Shown here: positions 59,914 through 64,000 of the stretch, piece by piece | Layout: every line of letters begins with the position of its first letter | Position numbering within the stretch: position 1 is the stretch's first letter | Source of the DNA: an uncultured Candidatus Rokubacteria bacterium | GTDB taxonomy: Bacteria; Methylomirabilota; Methylomirabilia; Rokubacteriales; CSP1-6 | Direction: 5' to 3' | Length of the DNA stretch: 64,000 nucleotides | Assembly: GCA_963754315.1 (NCBI GenBank) | Contig: CAVWFS010000019.1 | Location: 672,001-736,000 of the forward strand | Notes under the pieces: model-generated | The model's database searches: none | What the model was told of the DNA's origin: nothing | The model's input: the letters and a program-made list of their open reading frames with translations, nothing else | Program-made: the position numbers and the translations under genes

Positions 59914-60600
59914 TCACAGACGGAGTGGATTGAAGTCGGTCTCGCGATCGTACACGTCGATCCCCTCACGGGCCTTGAGCCAGCCGACGACCATGTAGGT
60001 GATCGGGGTCGCCGCGGCCTCGTAGACGACCTTGACGAGCCACTGCGAAAGGATGATCCCGCCCAGCACCGCTGGCGGCACCAGTGCTGCGAAAGCCAGC
60101 ACCACGAAGATCAGGCTGTCGAGGCCCTGCCCTACCACCGTCGACCCCAGTGTACGCGTCCACAACCAGCGGCCCTGGGTGACGATCTTCAGCTTGGCGA
60201 GCACGTAGCTGTTGGCGAAGGAGCCTCCCAGATAGGCCAGAAAGGACGCCGCCAGGATGCGAGGGGTCTGGGCAAAGACCTCGCTGAAGGCGGCCTGCCC
60301 CTTCCAGAAGGGAGCAGGCGGCAGGTGCCCAGCCAACCAGATGACGGCGACCATGAGGAGGTTGCAGGCGAAGCCAAGCCAGATGATGCGGCGGACGGTC
60401 GCATAGCCGTAGACCTCCGTGACCACGTCGCCCAGCGCGTAGGACAGGGGAAAGACGATCACCCCGGCCGGGAGAATCAGGCCTCCGGCACTCGTGAGCT
60501 TCGCCGAAACCACGTTGGCGGTCAGCAGGCAGGTTATGAAGAGCCCGGCGAACGTCAGCAGGCGCCACGTCATCGCCGGCGGTTTCGTTCCGTCGCCCAT
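59914..60600 (-). CDS. yhhQ: Queuosine precursor transporter (VUT/YhhQ family)
   Basis: FPLSYALGDVVTEVYG, RILAASFLAYL, RTLGSTVVGQGLDS. Confidence 0.88.
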   Translation of the reverse strand: MGDGTKPPAMTWRLLTFAGLFITCLLTANVVSAKLTSAGGLILPAGVIVFPLSYALGDVVTEVYGYATVRRIIWLGFACNLLMVAVIWLAGHLPPAPFWKGQAAFSEVFAQTPRILAASFLAYLGGSFANSYVLAKLKIVTQGRWLWTRTLGSTVVGQGLDSLIFVVLAFAALVPPAVLGGIILSQWLVKVVYEAAATPITYMVVGWLKAREGIDVYDRETDFNPLRL

Positions 60601-60601
60601 C

Positions 60602-62023
60602 CTACACGTTGGTGACGATCGCGGAGGGTTCCTCGTTCAGCGCACGTTTGAGGGCAACCGCCAGCTCGGCGTCATGCTCATGGGACGTCGCGAAGATTCG
60701 GCATTGGGCCACCTTGCCCGGAAGGTACTTGAGGATCTCGGTGAGGGGTTCTTCCGAGACCCGCTTGGTGGTCGAGTCATAGACATAGATCTGGCGGTCA
60801 CCCATCTTGAGGGGGTTGAGGGGACGGGGGTCCTGCAAGGCCATGTCGATCTTGAAGGGAAAGTTCTTGAGCGGGGTGGGAAGGAAAGCCTTGACCAGCC
60901 GCTCCACCATCTCGGCCTCCAGAAACCCCTGACCCTTGCGGGGCTCGAACTGATCGAGCACTTCCTCACCCGACATCCTCCACTTGAGGCGCCGATCGAG
61001 GATGTACCGCCACTCCGCGCCCAGGGCTCGTTTCTGCACGGCGAGAGCATCGTCATCACGCACGTCGTGCCAGCGGCCGACCTCCTCCAGGAGGGTCCAC
61101 TCGGTAAGGTGCAGGTAGGGGTGCAGCTCCTTGCGCAAGTCGTAGGGGAACGCCAGCCGCATGGTATCGCGAAAGATCTCCTTGAGGTGCAGGTCGATGC
61201 CGCGGGTGGTGCGGTGGTAGTAGACGTTCGTGTACATGTAGAACCGCGCGTTGAGGAACATGATGAATGCCTGGAGCCCGCTCCGGTCGAGGGTGAGCCC
61301 CTTCTCGCTGAAGAACGAGTAGTAGATGATGCGATCGATGTCGATGGGACCGACGGCCACCCCGCACATGTAGGCGTCGCGCAGGACGTAGTCCATGTTG
61401 TCGGCGGTGAACACCCCCGACAGCAGCGGCTTCAGGAAGGCGAGCCAGCGCGGATGCGATTCGAGGGGCTGCGTATAGCTCTTGCCCATGAGGTAGCAGA
61501 GCCACTCGGGATCGAGCTGTTCCCCAGCCTGAAAGGGTCCCGTTGGACTACGGCGGATGCCGCGCAGAACCTCCGCCAACTCCTCCCGAATGATCTTCTG
61601 GCCTACCAGTTCGTGGGTCAGGTCGAAATCGTTCAGGAAGTTGTCGTCGAAGAAGTGCCCGAAGGGCCCGTGCCCCACATCATGCAGGAGGCCCGCCATC
61701 CGCAGCAGTTCTTCGAGGAGTGCCGCCGAGGGGCCGTCGGGGAAGATGGCCCGCAGCGATGGGTAGAGCTGCTGGGCCAGGCGCCCTGCCAGATGCATAG
61801 CCCCAAGCGAATGCTGGAACCGGCTGTGCTCGGCGGCGGGAAACACCCAGCGGGCGGACTGAAGCTGAGGGATCCGGCGCAGACGCTGCACCCACGGGGT
61901 ATCCAGGACGTCCTGCTCGGTGGCTTCTCCGGGGATGTCTCCCGGGCGGGTGAAGAGGATGTAGCGATGGACGGGATCGGCGATGAGTCCTCGCCCCTGA
62001 TAGGTGTCGGCCGCGCCTTTCAT
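60602..62023 (-). CDS. HD-domain phosphohydrolase (SAMHD1/dNTP triphosphohydrolase-like)
   Basis: DPVH, QRLRRIPQL, HSRFQHSLG, LLHDVGHGPFGH, HE, DNMDYVLRD, VYYH. Confidence 0.9.
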   Translation of the reverse strand: MKGAADTYQGRGLIADPVHRYILFTRPGDIPGEATEQDVLDTPWVQRLRRIPQLQSARWVFPAAEHSRFQHSLGAMHLAGRLAQQLYPSLRAIFPDGPSAALLEELLRMAGLLHDVGHGPFGHFFDDNFLNDFDLTHELVGQKIIREELAEVLRGIRRSPTGPFQAGEQLDPEWLCYLMGKSYTQPLESHPRWLAFLKPLLSGVFTADNMDYVLRDAYMCGVAVGPIDIDRIIYYSFFSEKGLTLDRSGLQAFIMFLNARFYMYTNVYYHRTTRGIDLHLKEIFRDTMRLAFPYDLRKELHPYLHLTEWTLLEEVGRWHDVRDDDALAVQKRALGAEWRYILDRRLKWRMSGEEVLDQFEPRKGQGFLEAEMVERLVKAFLPTPLKNFPFKIDMALQDPRPLNPLKMGDRQIYVYDSTTKRVSEEPLTEILKYLPGKVAQCRIFATSHEHDAELAVALKRALNEEPSAIVTNV

Positions 62024-62036
62024 CCGTCACCCGGTC

Positions 62037-63050
62037 CTAGCGGGTCGTCGTGCGGTAGAGCTGATATCGATCTACCGAGCGAATGGGGACGATGCGTACG
62101 GCTTCGCCACGCTGAATGGAAAGCGCCACCACATCTCCCGCCTTCGCGCGCCAGAGCTGCTCGTAGAACTCCGCCTGGGTGCGGACACGCACGCCGCTGA
62201 CGCCAATGATCCGATCCCCTTTCTGGAGTCCGGCGACGCGCGCGGGGCCGACCGGCGAGAATCCGTCGATGAGTGGGCCACCCTGGTCGTCCACGGTATA
62301 GAGCCCGAGCCAGGGCCGAGCGGGACGACTCGCCACCCGGCCCAAGGAAATTAGCTCGTCCTTGATCGGCAGGAACTTCTCCAGCGGGATGGCCAGATTC
62401 ACATGGGGAGCCTGACCTAGCCGGAGCGACGCGATCCCCACGACTTCACCGCGCGCGTCGACCACGGCACTCCCGCCCCAGGACGGGCTCCCCGGCGCCA
62501 CCATGAACGCGCGATCCAGCATGTACTCCCAGTACGCCGAGAAGCGCCTGATGCCCTGCACGGCACCGGACACCCACACGAGCGCTCCTTCCTCGTCCAC
62601 GCCGACAGTCCCGGTGAGGGCCCCCTGCATCACGTCACGCGATTGTCCAAGGGGGGCGACGGGCCATGATTCCTCTCCATCGAGCTTGACCACGCCGAGG
62701 CCGGTGTCGAAGTCGATGCCGACGAGCTGGCCGTTCACGACCCGGTCGTCGCGCGTGCGCGCCTGGATGGAGACGGCATCGAGCAGCACGTAGCTCACGG
62801 TGAGGACGAACCCGCGCTGGTCGAAGATCACCCCGCTCGCGAAGCGCTGGGTGCCGAGAGTGGCGGCCGATGGGCTTCCTTCATCGACGCGAACCCGGAG
62901 CCCCACGATGGCCTGCTGCACGCGCTGAACGAACGTGGGCACCTGGGACACATCCCGAGGGTGGAGCCGATACTCCCGGTTCGGCGCCACTGCGCTGGCG
63001 AGTGTGGGGACGAGGATACCGAGGGCAATCAGGGTCCCGATCCGACTCAC
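62037..63050 (-). CDS. S1C trypsin-like + PDZ exported protein with degenerate catalytic residues
   Basis: Signal peptide, ASGVIFD..GFVLTVSYV, D.DTGLGVVK, SWGGSAVVD..GEVVGI, RPWLG, PA..AGL..GD.I. Confidence 0.85.
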   Translation of the reverse strand: MSRIGTLIALGILVPTLASAVAPNREYRLHPRDVSQVPTFVQRVQQAIVGLRVRVDEGSPSAATLGTQRFASGVIFDQRGFVLTVSYVLLDAVSIQARTRDDRVVNGQLVGIDFDTGLGVVKLDGEESWPVAPLGQSRDVMQGALTGTVGVDEEGALVWVSGAVQGIRRFSAYWEYMLDRAFMVAPGSPSWGGSAVVDARGEVVGIASLRLGQAPHVNLAIPLEKFLPIKDELISLGRVASRPARPWLGLYTVDDQGGPLIDGFSPVGPARVAGLQKGDRIIGVSGVRVRTQAEFYEQLWRAKAGDVVALSIQRGEAVRIVPIRSVDRYQLYRTTTR

Positions 63051-63057
63051 GGGTGTT

Positions 63058-63594
63058 CTATCCCCGCACCACGTCCCAGACATCTTCGCCCGCGAAGTCC
63101 CACGGAAGCCGCCCCTCATCGCACACGGCCGGGTCGGGGGAGAACGCGACGTCCACGAGGTAAATGATACGACCGATCGTCGTACCCAGGTTTCGCACGC
63201 CATGGGCCACTCCCGGTGGTATCCGCAGCAGGCGTGACGAACCGTTTCCGAGCGTCAGCCGCATCCGAGCGCCTTCCGTAGCCGAACCCTCACGGGCGTC
63301 GAAGAGTACCACCAGCATCCGATCCGAAGGGGGAACGTACCAGATGTCAGTCTGACGCGTGTGCAGGTGGAACGCCTTGATGGCGCCGGCCTCAACTTCG
63401 CTGTAATTGATCTGGCGAACCGTGAAGTCGCCAAAGGCTTCGGGGTGACCATCGAGCAACCGAGCCAGCTCGGTCATCGAGCCCCCATCATCGGCGTGGC
63501 GTTTGAGCTCGACGATCTGCACCCCTGTGATGGTCGCCGAGGGTCCATACGCCTGAACCTGAAATGCTCGCTTCGCGTCAGGAGTGAGATTCAT
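63058..63594 (-). CDS. RmlC-like cupin (dTDP-4-dehydrorhamnose 3,5-epimerase family)
   Basis: H.DD.G...E, QINYS, G.IKAFHLH..QTD.W, D.REGS.T, IPPGVAHG. Confidence 0.85.
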   Translation of the reverse strand: MNLTPDAKRAFQVQAYGPSATITGVQIVELKRHADDGGSMTELARLLDGHPEAFGDFTVRQINYSEVEAGAIKAFHLHTRQTDIWYVPPSDRMLVVLFDAREGSATEGARMRLTLGNGSSRLLRIPPGVAHGVRNLGTTIGRIIYLVDVAFSPDPAVCDEGRLPWDFAGEDVWDVVRG

Positions 63595-63814
63595 AGTTTT
63601 CGCGAGTATACAAGGACGGAACCGGTATCCCAACCTACCCGGACCAACTCAATCACCATTGATTCGATCGTAAATAGAAGTATTATGGTTTCACGGGCCG
63701 ACTCACCGCTTCCGGGGTGACCCGAGCCGTCGCACCCGGAGCAGCGTAGCATGATGCCCCGGGTCCCGGAGCATTCAGGAGGCGGGGATACGCCGAGTGG
63801 AAACGCTAACCTGA

Positions 63815-63993
63815 GATCGAGGGTGCCCGTCCGGCGCCCCGAACGTCGGGGTCGCCAGGCCGAAACAGTGTCGGGGGCGCGCCCAGGTTTGGGGCCGTCG
63901 AGGCCGAAATGTCAACGTAAGATCGAGGGGTGCCACGGGTCTCCCCGGGGCGCCCCGAACGCGGGGGGTTTGGGGGGCCGCCGAGGCCCCCCA
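63815..63993. repeat. Degenerate (63815-63905) plus intact (63921-63993) copies of the double-hairpin element
   Basis: gatcgaggggtgccacgggtctccccggggcgccccgaacgcggggggtttggggggccgccgaggcccccca. The upstream copy gatcgagggtgcc..ggcgccccgaacgtcgggg...gtttggggccgtcgaggcc is interrupted. Confidence 0.85.
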
Positions 63994-64000
63994 TGATGAA

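Noticed and set aside
1..64000. tRNA (including tRNA-Sec), rRNA, integrase, transposase or prophage genes
   Set aside because: None recognised. Nearly all sequence is accounted for by metabolic and housekeeping CDSs. A tRNAscan/Rfam run would be needed to exclude small RNAs.

Overview
GC-rich bacterial chromosomal window of about 55 densely packed genes. The gene content and repeat style resemble Candidatus Rokubacteria/Methylomirabilota; this is an inference, not tested. It carries housekeeping genes (lon, greA, dusB, trmI, a PpiD/SurA-type chaperone, lemA with two TPM genes), three ABC importers (ugp-like, liv-like, opp-like), an RND efflux pair, many acyl-CoA/PLP catabolic enzymes, and a six-GAF histidine kinase operon with a partner-switching module. 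I saw no rRNA, tRNA, CRISPR, transposase or prophage. The main features the ORF track misses are: (1) a BCP/PrxQ peroxiredoxin with an in-frame TGA at the peroxidatic Cys and an fdhF-like SECIS hairpin, i.e. a selenoprotein; (2) a dispersed family of ~70-110 bp double-hairpin elements at six loci, including a 4x80-bp tandem amplification and one copy that appears to lie in frame in a permease N-terminus; (3) a doubly deleted FGGY-kinase/GpsA chimera; (4) a HExxH-DinB fusion with an internal RBS; (5) an orphan DGQHR protein; (6) a sigma54 promoter and several leaderless-type sigma70 promoters. Seven otherwise intact genes carry single-base frameshifts, most likely sequencing or assembly errors. 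All calls come from motif recognition by eye; no searches were run.
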